Shown here piece after piece: positions 27,947 to 39,763 of a stretch of 64,000 bases of DNA. Positions within the stretch are counted from its first letter, which is position 1; every line of letters starts with the position of its first letter. A program made the position numbers and the translations under genes. The notes beneath the pieces were generated by a model. It saw only the letters and a program-made list of their open reading frames with translations. It ran no database searches and was not told the DNA's origin. Source of the stretch: Eledone cirrhosa (Eukaryota); the NCBI GenBank assembly GCA_964016885.1, contig OZ024740.1, positions 39,680,001 through 39,744,000 of the forward strand. The letters run 5' to 3'.

Positions 27947-30672
27947 TAGTCAGTTAGATTTTATCCTCATCAGAGGACGTGACAGATGGACGGTCGTAAA
28001 CACAAAAGCCTTCCCTAGTGAGGAATGTACATCCCAACATAGCTTAGTTGTCAGCGACCTCACGGTCAGAACTAGACGAACCCGGAAACAGAGGCCAACC
28101 TGGAGAAGAAAGATCTGGAAGCTGAAAGTCCCCTCAACCAGTAACAGATTTAACAATATTTTACTCAACGCCTACGACAGTAAAGAAGAACAGATAGAGA
28201 CATTTAACGTAGAAGAGAACTGGGAGTTCCTAAAAAATAATTTACTAGAGGCGACGGATGAGGTCTGTGGCTGGAGTAAGACCTCAAGCAGGAGGAGAGT
28301 GACTTGGTGGTGGAACAATAAGGTAGATGAAGCAGTTAAGGCCAAGAGACAGGCATGGAAAGAATGGAAGAACGGGGGGAGCTGGGTACATTACATAGAG
28401 ACCAAGAGGGAAGCTAGGCGACAAGTATACTTAGCTAGGAGGGAAGCAGAGGATAGAAAATTCAAGCATGTTTTACAACGTGAGGACCAGAAACAGGAGG
28501 TATTCAAGATTGCGAGGCAGTGTGTCAGAGATAGTTGTGATGTCATTGGAGAGAAGTGTATCCGGAATGATAAAGGTGAGCTTGCCCTCACAAGTACTGA
28601 GAAGAAAGATGCATGGAAGAGTCATTATGATAGATTACTAAATGAGGAGAATGCATGGGAAGAAGAGACCCTACCCCAAGTCGACCCTATAGAGGGACCA
28701 GCAGTACAAGTCAGCAGCAGCGTGGTAAGTAAGGCAATCAAAGATATGAAGATAGGGAAGGCAACCGGTCCATCGAGTATAGCTGCCGAGATGCTGAAGG
28801 CATCTGGGTCTGTAGGTCACACTATAACCACACGTATCGTTAACCAGGTAATACTAGAAGGGGCCATACCAAAAGATTGGTGCAGTAGCATCATTGTCAA
28901 CTGCTACAAAGGTAAAGGTGATGCACTAGATAGAGGAAACTATAGAGGTATAAAGTTGATGGACCAGGTCATGAAAGTAACAGAAAGAGTTATAGCACAG
29001 CTGATTAGGGACCGGGTGAAAATAGACGAGATGCAATTTGGGTTTGTACCAGGAAGAGGCACCACTGATGCCCTCTTCCTTGTGAGGCAATTACAGGAAA
29101 AGTACCTAGCTAAAAGTAAGCCACTCTACTTGGCATTTGTCGACCTTGAGAAAGCCTTTGACAGAGTTCCACGTGTTGTAATCTGGTGGGCTCTTAGAAA
29201 ACTAGGAGTAGATAAATGGCTTGTGAAAGCGGTACAAGCCATGTATAGGGGAGCAGTCAGCAAAGTTAGGATTAGCAATGAGTATAGCGAGGAATTTAGC
29301 GTACAGGTTGGGGTCCACCAGGCCTCTGTTCTTAGCCCTCTCCTGTTCATCATAGTCCTGCAGGCAATAACGGAGGAGTTTAAGACCGGATGCCCATGGG
29401 AACGCCTGTATGCTGATGACCTCGCACTCATAGCTGAATCTATGGTAGAACTAGAGAATAAATTCCAAACCTGGAAGCAGGGACTAGAAAGAAAGGGTCT
29501 CAAAGTCAACATGACAAAGACTAAGGTCCTTGTAAGTAGACGAGAAAACAGAACCCAGATCCCCTCAGGGAAATGGCCTTGCTCAGTATGTAGGAAAGGT
29601 GTAGGTAGGAACTCCATTATCTGCCCCAAATGCAAACAATGGGCACACAAGAGATGTAGCGGGATCTCAGGAGGCTTAACTAAGAATGTAGGATTCACAT
29701 GCAGCAGCTGTGCTGAAACAGCAAGCAGCAAACAGCCACAGGAAACAAGTACCACCAATCTCTGGGAGGGCCCTGTAGAAACAGTAGACAGCTTCTGCTA
29801 CCTAGGTGACCGAATTAGCAACGGAGGTGGGTGTTCAGAAAGTACAATAACTAGGGTAAGAACGGGATGGAAGAAGTTTAGGGAACTGCTACCACTGCTA
29901 GCTGCAAAAGGCTTCTCCCTCAGAATGAAAGGCAGACTGTATGATGCGTGTATCCGAACAGCGATGTTGCATGGTAGTGAGACCTGGGCGCTGAAGGTGG
30001 AAGACTTACATAGATTAGAGAGAAACAAAGCCTGCATGCTCCGATGGATGTGTAACAGTAATAAACGTGAACGACAAAGCATAAATGAATTGAGAGAGAG
30101 ACTGAGCATAAGAGGAATCAAATGCTGTGTGCAGGAGAGGCGGTTGCGTTGGTATGGACATGTGATGCGTCTGAAGGAAAACAGCTGCATAAAAAGGTGC
30201 AGAGCACTAGAAGTTGATGGAAACCGCGGAGTGGGGAGACCCAAGATGACCTGGGATGAGGTGATAAAAGCCGACCTTACCCAATTACACCTCTCAAAGA
30301 CAATGACACACAACCGTGACTTCTGGCGTCACGCAGTAATACAGAGTACCCGACCTCCCATGGGTACAAGCTGAAGCATATAAACAATATGCCCCCACAC
30401 CGCAAGGTGGTCGTGGAGGTGCCACGGCAAAAAAGCACCCAGCCCACACTGTAAAGTGGACGTGTAGGCGCCACGAAAAAGCACCCAGCACTCACTGTAA
30501 ATGAGGTTGGTGTTAGGAAGGGCATCCAGCTGTAGAAATCAAGCCAGATCAGTTCCTGTATGAGCAAGGCATGGTCAGCCGACCAGACACTGCCCACAAC
30601 AGGACAACCCGTCTAACTCATGCTAGCGTGGAAGAACGGACGTAAAACGATGATGATGATGATGATGATGAT
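27947..30672 (+). mobile_element. RTE family A, 5'-truncated, slightly diverged
   Basis: Frame continuous with ORF 28299..30374. Motif changes QGSV to QASV and WELL to WERL. (GAT)n tail; ATAC flanks both ends. Confidence 0.96.
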
Positions 30673-31305
30673 ACAATGTAACATATGTATTATATCTATA
30701 TATACAATATAACATATGTATTATATCTATATATAGAATGTAACATATGTATTATATCTATATATACAATTTAACATGTATTATATCTATATATACAATG
30801 TAACATGTAATATATCTATATATACAATGTAACATATGTATTATATCTATATATACAATGTAACATGTAATATATCTATATATATACAATGTAACATGTA
30901 TTATATCTATATATACAATGTAACATGTATTATATCTATATATACAATGTAACATGTATTATATCTATATATACAATGTAACATGTAGTATATCTATATA
31001 TATACAATGTAACATGTATTATATCTATATATACAATGTAACATGTATTATATCTATATATACAATGTAACATGTATTATATCTATATATACAATGTAAC
31101 ATGTATTATATCTATATATACAATGTAACATGTATTATATCTATATATACAATGTAACATGTATTATATCTATATATAGAATGTAACATGTATTATATCT
31201 ATATATACAATGTAACATGTATTATATCTATATATACAATGTAACATGTATTATATCTATATATACAATGTAACATGTAATATATCTATATATACAATGT
31301 AACAT

Positions 31306-31497
31306 CCAAGGGTGGTGGATTGGCAGTATCGGTAGAGGGTCGGACGCCATGCTTTCAAGCATAGTTACGTCCCTTTATGATCTGAGTTCAAATCCCGCCG
31401 AGGTTGACTTTGCCTTTCATCCTTACGGGGTCGATAAAATAAAGTACCAGTAATGCACTGGATAATTGCTGGCCTTGTGCCTAAAGTAGAAACAATT
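31306..31497 (+). mobile_element. tRNA-derived SINE with a Deu/Nin-like central domain
   Basis: B-box GAGTTCAAATCC followed by GTTGACTTTGCCTTTCATCCTTACGGGGTCGATAAAATAAAGTACCAG, which resembles the Deu/Nin domain as I recall it. Inserted in the satellite. Confidence 0.75.
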
Positions 31498-32492
31498 ATA
31501 TCTATATATACAATGTAACATATGTATTATATATATCTATATATACAATGTAACATGTATTATATCTATATATACAATGTAACATGTATTATATCTATAT
31601 ATACAATGTAACATATGTATTATATATATCTATATATACAATGTAACATATGTATTATATCTATATATACAATGTAACATATGTATTATATCTATATATA
31701 CAATGTAACATATGTATTATATCTATATATACAATGTAACATATGTATTATATCTATATATACAATGTAACATATGTATTATATCTATATATACAATGTA
31801 ACATGTATTATATCTATATATACAATGTAACATATCTATATATACAATGTAACATGTATTATATCTATATATACAATGTAACATATGTATTATATCTATA
31901 TATACAATGTAACATATGTATTATATCTATATATACAATGTAACATGTATTATATCTATATATACAATGTAACATGTATTATATCTATATATACAATGTA
32001 ACATATGTATTATATCTATATATACAATGTAACATATGTATTATATCTATATATACAATGTAACATATGTATTATATATATCTATATATACAATGTAACA
32101 TGTATTATATCTATATATACAATGTAACATGTATTATATCTATATATACAATGTAACATATGTATTATATATATCTATATATACAATGTAACATATGTAT
32201 TATATCTATATATACAATGTAACATATGTATTATATCTATATATACAATGTAACATATGTATTATATCTATATATACAATGCAACATGTATTATATCTAT
32301 ATATACAATGTAACATGTATTATATCTATATATACAATGTAACATGTATTATATCTATATATACAATGTAACATATGTATTATATCTATATATACAATGT
32401 AACATGTAATATATCTATATATACAATGTAACATGTATTATATCTATATATACAATGTAACATATGTATTATATCTATATATACAATGTAAC

Positions 32493-32565
32493 GCACTGGG
32501 GTTGATTTAATCGATTTACCCTACCACCAAAAATTGCTAGCCTTGTGCCTAAAGTAGAAACAATT
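32493..32565 (+). mobile_element. 3' fragment of the same SINE family as 31306
   Basis: Shares GCACTGG and AATTGCTRGCCTTGTGCCTAAAGTAGAAACAATT with the 31306 copy. Confidence 0.75.
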
Positions 32566-32590
32566 ATATCTATGTATATAATGTGACATG

Positions 32591-35554
32591 ATCATCATCA
32601 TCATCATCATCACCGTTTTACGTCCGTTCTTCCACGCTAGCATGGGTTAGACGGGTTGTCCTGTTGTGGGCAGTGTCTGGTCGGCTGACCATGCCTTGCT
32701 CATACAGGAACTGATCTGGCTTGATTTCTACAGCTGGATGCCCTTCCTAACACCAACCTCATTTACAGTGAGTGCTGGGTGCTTTTTCGTGGCGCCTACA
32801 CGTCCACTTTACAGTGTGGGCTGGGTGCTTTTTTGCCGTGGCACCTCCACGACCACCTTGCGGTGGGGGGGGGGGGCATATTGTTTATATGCTTCAGCAT
32901 GTACCCATGGGAGGTCGGGTACCCTGTATTACTGCGTGACGCCAGAAGTCACGGTCGTGTGTCATTGACTTTGAGAGGTGTAGTTGGGTAAGGTCGGCTT
33001 TTATCACCTCATCCCAAGTCATCTTGGGTCTCCCCACTCCGCGGTTTCCATCAACTTCTAGTGCTCTGCACCTTTTTATGCAGCTGTCATCCTTCATACG
33101 CATCACATGTCCATACCAGCGTAACCGCCTCTCCTGCACGCAGCATTTGATTCCTCTTATGCTCAGTCTCTCTCTCAATTCATTTATGCTTTGTCGTTCA
33201 CGTATATTACTGTTACACATCCATCGGAGCATGCAGGCTTCGTTTCTCTCTAATCTACGTAAGTCTTCCACCTTCAGCGCCCAGGTCTCACTACCATGCA
33301 ACATCGCTGTTCGGATACACGCATCATACAGTCTGCCTTTCATTCTGAGGGAGAAGCCTTTTGCAGCTAGCAGTGGTAGTAGTTCCCTAAACTTCTTCCA
33401 TCCCGTTCTTACCCTAGTTATTGTACTTTCTGAGCACCCACCTCCGTTGCTAATTCGGTCACCTAGGTAGCAGAAGCTGTCTACTGTTTCTACAGGGCCC
33501 TCCCAGAGATTGGTGGTACTTGTTTCCTGTGGCTGTTTGCTTGCTGTTTCAGCACAGCTGCTGCATGTGAATCCTACATTCTTAATTAAGCTTCCTGAGA
33601 TCCCGCTACATCTCTTGTGTACCCATTGTTTGCATTTGGGGCAAAGAATGGAGTTCCTACCTACACCTTTCCTACATACTGAGCAAGGCCATTTCCCTGA
33701 GGGGATCTGGGTTCTGTTTTCTCGTCTACTTATAAGGACCTTAGTCTTTGTCATGTTGACTTTGAGGCCCTTTCTCTCTAGTCCCTGCTTCCAGGTTTGG
33801 AATTTATTCTCTAGTTCTACCATAGATTCAGCTATGAGTGCGAGGTCATCAGCATACAGGAGTTCCCATGGGCATCCGGTCTTAAACTCCTCCGTTATTG
33901 CCTGCAGGACTATGATGAACAGGAGAGGGCTAAGAACAGAGCCCTGGTGGACCCCAACCTGTACGCTAAATTCCTCGCTATACTCATTGCCAATCCTAAC
34001 TTTGCTGACTGCTCCCCTATACATGGCTTGTACCGCTTTCACAAGCCATTCATCTACTCCTAGTTTTCTAAGAGCCCACCAGATTACTGCACGTGGAACT
34101 CTGTCAAAGGCTTTCTCAAGGTCGACAAATGCCAAGTAGAGTGGCTTACTTTTAGCTAGGTACTTTTCCTGTAATTGCCTCACAAGGAAGAGCGCATCAG
34201 TGGTGCCTTTCCCTGGAACAAACCCAAATTGCATCTCGTCTATATTCACCCGGTCCCTAATCAGCTGTGCTATAACTCTTTCTGTTACTTTCATGACCTG
34301 GTCCATCAACTTTATACCTCTATAGTTTCCTCTATCTAGTGCATCGCCTTTACCTTTGTAGCAGTTGACAATGATGCTACTGCACCAATCTTTTGGTATG
34401 GCCCCCTCTAGTATTACCTGGTTAACGATACGTGTGGTTATAGTGTGACCTACAGACCCAGATGCCTTCAGCATCTCGGCAGCTATACCCGATGGACCGG
34501 TTGCCTTCCCTATCTTCATATCTCTGATTGCCTTACTTACTACGCTGCCGCTGACTTGTACTGCTGGTCCCTCTATAGGGTCTACGTGGGGTAGGGTCTC
34601 TTCTTCCCATGCATTCTCCTCATTTAGTAATCTATCATAATGACTCTTCCATGCATCTTTCTTCTCAGCACTTGTGAGGGCAAGCTCACCTTTATCATTC
34701 CGGATACACTTCTCTCCAATGACATCACAACTATCTCTGACACACTGCCTCGCAATCTTGAATACCTCCTGTTTCTGGTCCTCACGTTGTAAAACATGCT
34801 TGAATTTTCTATCCTCTGCTTCCCTCCTAGCTAAGTATACTTGTCGCCTAGCTTCCCTCTTGGTCTCTATGTAATGTACCCTGCTCCCCCCGTTCTTCCA
34901 TTCTTTCCATGCCTGTCTCTTGGCCTTGACTGCTTCATCTACCTTATTGTTCCACCACCAAGTCACTCTCCTCCTGCTTGAGGTCTTACTCCAGCCACAG
35001 ACCTCATCCGTCGCCTCTAGTAAGTTATTTTTTAGGAACTCCCAGTTCTCTTCTACGTTAAATGTCTCTATCTGTTCTTCTTTACTGTCGTAGGCGTTGA
35101 GTAAAATATCTTTAAATCTGTTACTGGTTGAGGGGACTTTCAGCTTCCAGATCTTTCTTCTCCAGGTTGGCCTCTGTTTCAGGGCTCGTCTAGTTCTGAC
35201 CGTGAGGTCGCTGACAACTAAGCTATGTTGGGATGTACATTCCTCACTAGGGAAGGCTTTTGTGTTTACGACCGTCCATCTGTCACGTCCTCTGATGAGG
35301 ATAAAATCTAACTGACTAGAGTGCTCCCCTGATCTATAGGTGATCAGGTGGTTGTCGGGTTTTTTAAAGTTTGTGTTACATATCGACATGTCATTGGCGT
35401 CGCAGAATTCTAGAAGTCTGAATCCTTCCTCATTCCTTGTGCCAACTCCATGGCCTCCATGTACTCTATTGAAGCCGTCGCAGTGTTTACCTACGCAGTG
35501 TTTACCTACGCAGTGTTTACCTACGCAGTGTTTACCTACGCAGTGTTTACCTAC
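32591..35554 (-). mobile_element. Longest RTE family A copy: partial APE endonuclease, RT with PHD, 3' UTR
   Basis: 831-aa ORF 32894..35389 (NTNFKK...ITY...SQLDFIL...SQHSLV endonuclease end; YADD). The frame extends upstream through VGKHCDGFNRVHGGHGVGTRNEEG; truncated within the endonuclease. Confidence 0.97.
35480..35554. repeat. Five perfect copies of the 15-mer GCAGTGTTTACCTAC at the LINE 5' junction
   Basis: Units start at 35480, 35495, 35510, 35525 and 35540. Confidence 0.97.
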
Positions 35555-35629
35555 ATTTTATTTATATATAATGTCCTGGAGTGGATGCATAAAGATTGTG
35601 TATTACAAGACCCCAGAAAGAGTTCAAAA

Positions 35630-36475
35630 GAGAGCAAACATTAACAATTGGAACCTGGAACATGACAACCCTTACAGGTTGTGGCTATAGTACTGTAGAT
35701 TTGGATGGAGGATGGAAACTCCCCTATTCAGGTGTGGCGCCAGAAATGACTGCACAGATGGGGTGGGGATACTCACAAGCCCCTGGCTGTCAGAATGTGT
35801 TATGAACTGGATCACATTAGGAAGGAGAACTTGCCTCTTGAAGTTTAAGCTGAAAGATAGTTTATGCACCAAACAAGGAGTTTGAATACAGATTGTTCCA
35901 TGATGAAGTCACTGCAGCATTAAATGTAGTTAAGACCGAGTCATATATCCTGATGGGAGACTTCAATGCACATGTTGGCACTGATGACCTCAAATGGAAA
36001 GGAGTGATTGGAAGGAACGGCAACCCCGATCTAAATATGAATAGAGAGGCTTTATTAGACTTCTATTCTAGCAATGGACTGTATTATTAACACCTTCTGG
36101 CAGGTCCAGGTTGATCTACAGGATAAAGTGGGAAGTGTTGGGGGATAAGGAAGTCAGGACAGGTATGCAGATACTATTGCATCCAAATTCAGAGAACTCA
36201 CTGAGCAAACTGAGGACCTTGAGACTGAGTGGAGATTGTTCAGCTCAGCAGTTTTTGTTTCAGCTGTTGAATGATGCAGGCAAAAGAGGCTTGGTGTGGT
36301 GCCTGATAACAAGAAAGCCTCTTGGTTCAATCAAGTGGTCATAGGTGCCATCTGAGCAAAGAAGGAAGCCTACAAAGCTTGGTTTGGAAATAAGTCCTCC
36401 TTGCACTTACGGTATAAGCAGGCACAAAAAAAACGCAGCAGAGACAGTAAAGGCGTCCAAAGCTAAGACATGGTT
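35630..36475 (+). mobile_element. Degraded RTE (Expander/Rex3-like) endonuclease region
   Basis: Fragments LTIGTWNMTTLTG and ILMGDFNAHVGTD..WKGVIGRNGNPDLN..LLDF, broken by frameshifts. Confidence 0.8.
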
Positions 36476-36534
36476 CTTATATGAAATTATATTTTTATTT
36501 AAGTTGGAAACCTTTGAAATGTGTAGTTTCATTT

Positions 36535-37468
36535 CATCATCATCAACGTTTAACGTCCGTGTTCCACGCTTGCATGGGTTTGGACGGGGGTATTCCCACT
36601 TGAGGCAAGAGTGATTGTCTTGCTCGCATAGGACTGTCTGGCAGGTTTTCTACAGTTGGATGCCCTTCCTAACACCAACCACATTTACAGTGTGGGGCTG
36701 GGAGGTTTTTACCGTGTTGCCTACACGGCCACATTACAGCGTGGACTGTGTGTTTTTTTTGTCGTGACACCTACACGATCTCATTTGTTTCGGCCTGGAT
36801 GTTGTGGCACCAACATAACTTTACATAGGAGGGGGTGGTGTGGATGGGGTGTGGGTGGTGGGACGGGGTGTATTTTGTTAGAGATGCCTACTGGCTGTAG
36901 TAGGTTTTACTATGTATTTAGGTAAGGCGGGTCTTCTCTATTACTGAGTACCGCCAAAGGTCTCGGTCCAGTGACATTGTCTTGGTGAGGTGTAAGTGTG
37001 TGAGGTCGGAGTTTATCAGCTCATCCCAGGTTTTTCTGGGTCTGCCTATTCCGTGGCTACCGTCTATCTTTATTGCCCTGCACTTTGTTATACAGCTATC
37101 GTCCTTCATGCGCATTACGTGACCATACCAACGTAGCCTTCTCTCGAGTAGACAACATCTGATCCCTCTTATTTCTAATTTTTTCCTTAGTTCGTTTATG
37201 CTTTGTCGTTCACGTATATTACTATTACACATCCAGCGGAGCATGCAAGCTTCGTTTCTCTCTAGTCTGCGTATATCTTCTGCACACAATGCCCAGGTCT
37301 CACTGCCATGCAACATTGCTGTTCGTATGCAGGCATCGTACAACCTGCCTTTCATTTTTAGGGAGAACCCTTTAGCGGCTAATAGTGGTATAAGCTCTCT
37401 GAACTTTTTCCACCCAGTTCTGACTCTAGCTACTGTACTTTCAGAGCACCCTCCCCCACTGCTGATTT
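36535..37468 (-). mobile_element. RTE family B 3' fragment
   Basis: ORF 36918..37487 matches the family B C-terminus. (GAT)n tail; ATTTCAT at both junctions. Confidence 0.95.
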
Positions 37469-37794
37469 CATAGAAATAAAACCACACATTTTCACACTAG
37501 TGAAAAGAGCTTTGTAAAACTTTGCAGTAAACTAATGTAAATGCTAACTTTTAATATGATAGTCATTGTGTGGCTTTACTCATGTGGTTTCATGTGGTTC
37601 AGGATGTTAAAAGTTAAGTTACTTCTACTCAGAGAAACAAAAAGAAAAGACAGAAGCCTGGAAACATATCATTTGATGGAGAAAATCTTCAGGCAAATAA
37701 ACTATAATCAATATACCAAAAGTGATGAAAATGTTAAAAATGCAAAAAAATATTTAAAGTATGATTAAAATATTTTTTAAAATGTGAAACTTAC

Positions 37795-37906
37795 CTTAAG
37801 TCCTCTTAAAATCTGATAAACAAGGAACTGTATATGATCATCGCTGAGACGTTGAGTTTTTAATATGTTGTTAAGATCAGCTCCCATTAATGGTGTGATT
37901 AAATAT
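37795..37906 (-). CDS. MAPK14: p38 MAP kinase internal exon (equivalent to exon 4): (V)[37 protein letters not shown]
   Basis: tttag|ATATTTAATC...CTTAAG|gtaagt. 112 nt, phase 2-0. Confidence 0.96.
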
Positions 37907-38169
37907 CTAAATATATACAACAATATTATAAATAATATATATACAACAATACAATATATACAATATACAACCCTGCCAGATACGAGCGAGACACGGTCAC
38001 TCGACCAATCTTGCCTCAAGTGGGACAATTCCCGTCTAACTCATGCTAGTGTGGAAGATAGACGTATGATGATGATGAATAAGTATAATATATACAATAT
38101 AACAATCCATATTATGAAAGATATACAGCAATAACAACAAACAGATTATATACAACAATAACTGTAACA

Positions 38170-38555
38170 TTAAGCATGACTTGGATGCTGCAGGCTTCCC
38201 CTCCCAGCTTGAGCCAGCGGGGCTGGACCGAGGGGACTACAAAAGGCCGGACAACATGACCATCTTCCACGCTGGTAAACCCCTCATCTGGGATGTCACA
38301 TGCAGCGACACATCCTACAACAGCAACCTGGTGCAGTCTGCGACTAATCCAGGTCCTGCTGCACTTCAGGCAGAGGATGGGAAAACTCTCCAAGCCCATG
38401 GCAGTGGAGACTTCTAGAGTCCTTGGCCCTAGGACCACCCCCCTACTCAACACCATCGGAACAAGATCAGCTAACTGCAGGTGAGCCTTGCAAGCTGGAA
38501 TGGCTCTTCCAGTGTGTCTCCCTCACCATCCTCCGGAGAAACACCTATTTTGTCA
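38170..38555 (+). mobile_element. Relic of a CRE-like non-LTR retrotransposon (restriction-like endonuclease)
   Basis: EPAGLDRGDYKRPDNMT...GKPLIWDVTCSDT...AALQAEDGK, then LFQCVSLTILRRN in another frame, matching the RPD..D..E..K and FQRLSxAIQRGN pattern. Confidence 0.72.
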
Positions 38556-38600
38556 GCTGGGGTCACGAGGCAGCCAGAGCATATAACTACAACACAGGTT

Positions 38601-38989
38601 ATCATCATCATTTCATTTTACGTCCGCTTTTCCCTGCTTGCAAGGGTGAGACGGGAACTGATTCTGGCTTGATTTCTACAGCTGGATACCCTTCCTAACA
38701 CCAACCTCATTTACAGTGAGTGCTGGGTGCTTTTTTTCCATGGCACCTAAACGTCCACTTTACAGTGTGGGCTGGGTACTTTTTTGCCGTGGCACCTCCA
38801 CGACCACTTTGCAGTGGAATGATATGGACCCCAGTCCCTATCATCTCATTTCTACAGCTGAGTAAACTGGAGCAATGTGAAATAAAGTGTCTTGCTAAAG
38901 GAAACAACACATCACCCGGTCTGAGAATTGAACTCACAACCTTTCGATTGCAAGCCCAATGCTCTAACCACAAAGCCATGTGCCTCCAT
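38601..38989 (-). mobile_element. tRNA/CORE-like SINE with RTE tail (short-tail subfamily)
   Basis: Homologous to the 16457 copy. Target duplication AGGTTAT (38596-38602 and 38990-38996). Confidence 0.9.
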
Positions 38990-39099
38990 AGGTTATATAC
39001 AACTATAACTACAACAATAAATATAGATTAATAGATTTTCTTTTCACATTAAATATTAGCAGAGAACAAGAAACAATGACAGTTAATCACCATCATCAT

Positions 39100-39445
39100 C
39101 AATCACATCTCAATATGGTGATATTGGTTAGAGGCAGATGAGGTAGGTCATTACAAACAGGTGAGGTCGTTACAGAAAGGGGAGGTTATTTCTGACAGGT
39201 CAGGAGACATCTCAATATGATTGTATTGGATAGAGACAGGTTAGGAGACCACATCTCAATATGATTGTATTGGATAGAGACAAGTTAAGGGACCACATCT
39301 CAATATGATTGTGTTGGTTAGAGACAGGTTAGGGGACCACATCTCAATATGATTGTGTTGGTTAGAGACAGATTAGGGGACCATATCTCAATATGATTGT
39401 GTTGGTTAGAGACAGATTAGGGGACCACATCTCAATATGGTCATG
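39100..39445. repeat. 44-bp minisatellite
   Basis: TTAGGRGACCACATCTCAATATGATTGTRTTGGWTAGAGACARR, period 44 (39241 to 39285), about 6 copies. Confidence 0.9.
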
Positions 39446-39704
39446 TTAATGTGTTAGGTAAGGTCATTAGAGACCAATTCAAAACTACTGACCGGTCAGA
39501 ACACATCTCACTTATCTGTTGCCATAGTTACAACAGTTTGGGCCTGATGGACATGTGTGTATGTATCAGTGTGCATCTGTGTGTGCATGTAGGTTTTAGT
39601 GAACATGATTTCATTTATTTATTCACATCCTATTTACAAATATTTTATAAAGAAAAGAAGAAGCAGAAATTTGTTACTAATTACAATCTAAATTGATTAC
39701 TTAC

Positions 39705-39763
39705 ACATCTCTGAATGTACCTAATGTTTTGTCAGGTGTGAATGCATCCAATAAACCAATTAT
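39705..39763 (-). CDS. MAPK14: p38 MAP kinase internal exon (equivalent to exon 3): IIGLLDAFTPDKTLGTFRD(V)
   Basis: aatatag|ATAATTGGT...GATGT|gtaagt. 59 nt, phase 0-2. Confidence 0.94.

Larger units (their letters stand above)
19090..32590. repeat. 29/31-bp AT-rich satellite (TATTATATCTATATATACAATGTAACATG) interrupted by seven retroelement insertions
   Basis: Period of 29 (20161 to 20190). Longer degenerate units at the left edge; a degenerate remnant at about 35555-35575 beyond the long RTE. Confidence 0.97.

Noticed and set aside
32894-35389. Autonomous full-length LINE
   Set aside because: Truncated within the endonuclease and lacking a 5' UTR; the listed Met is internal.
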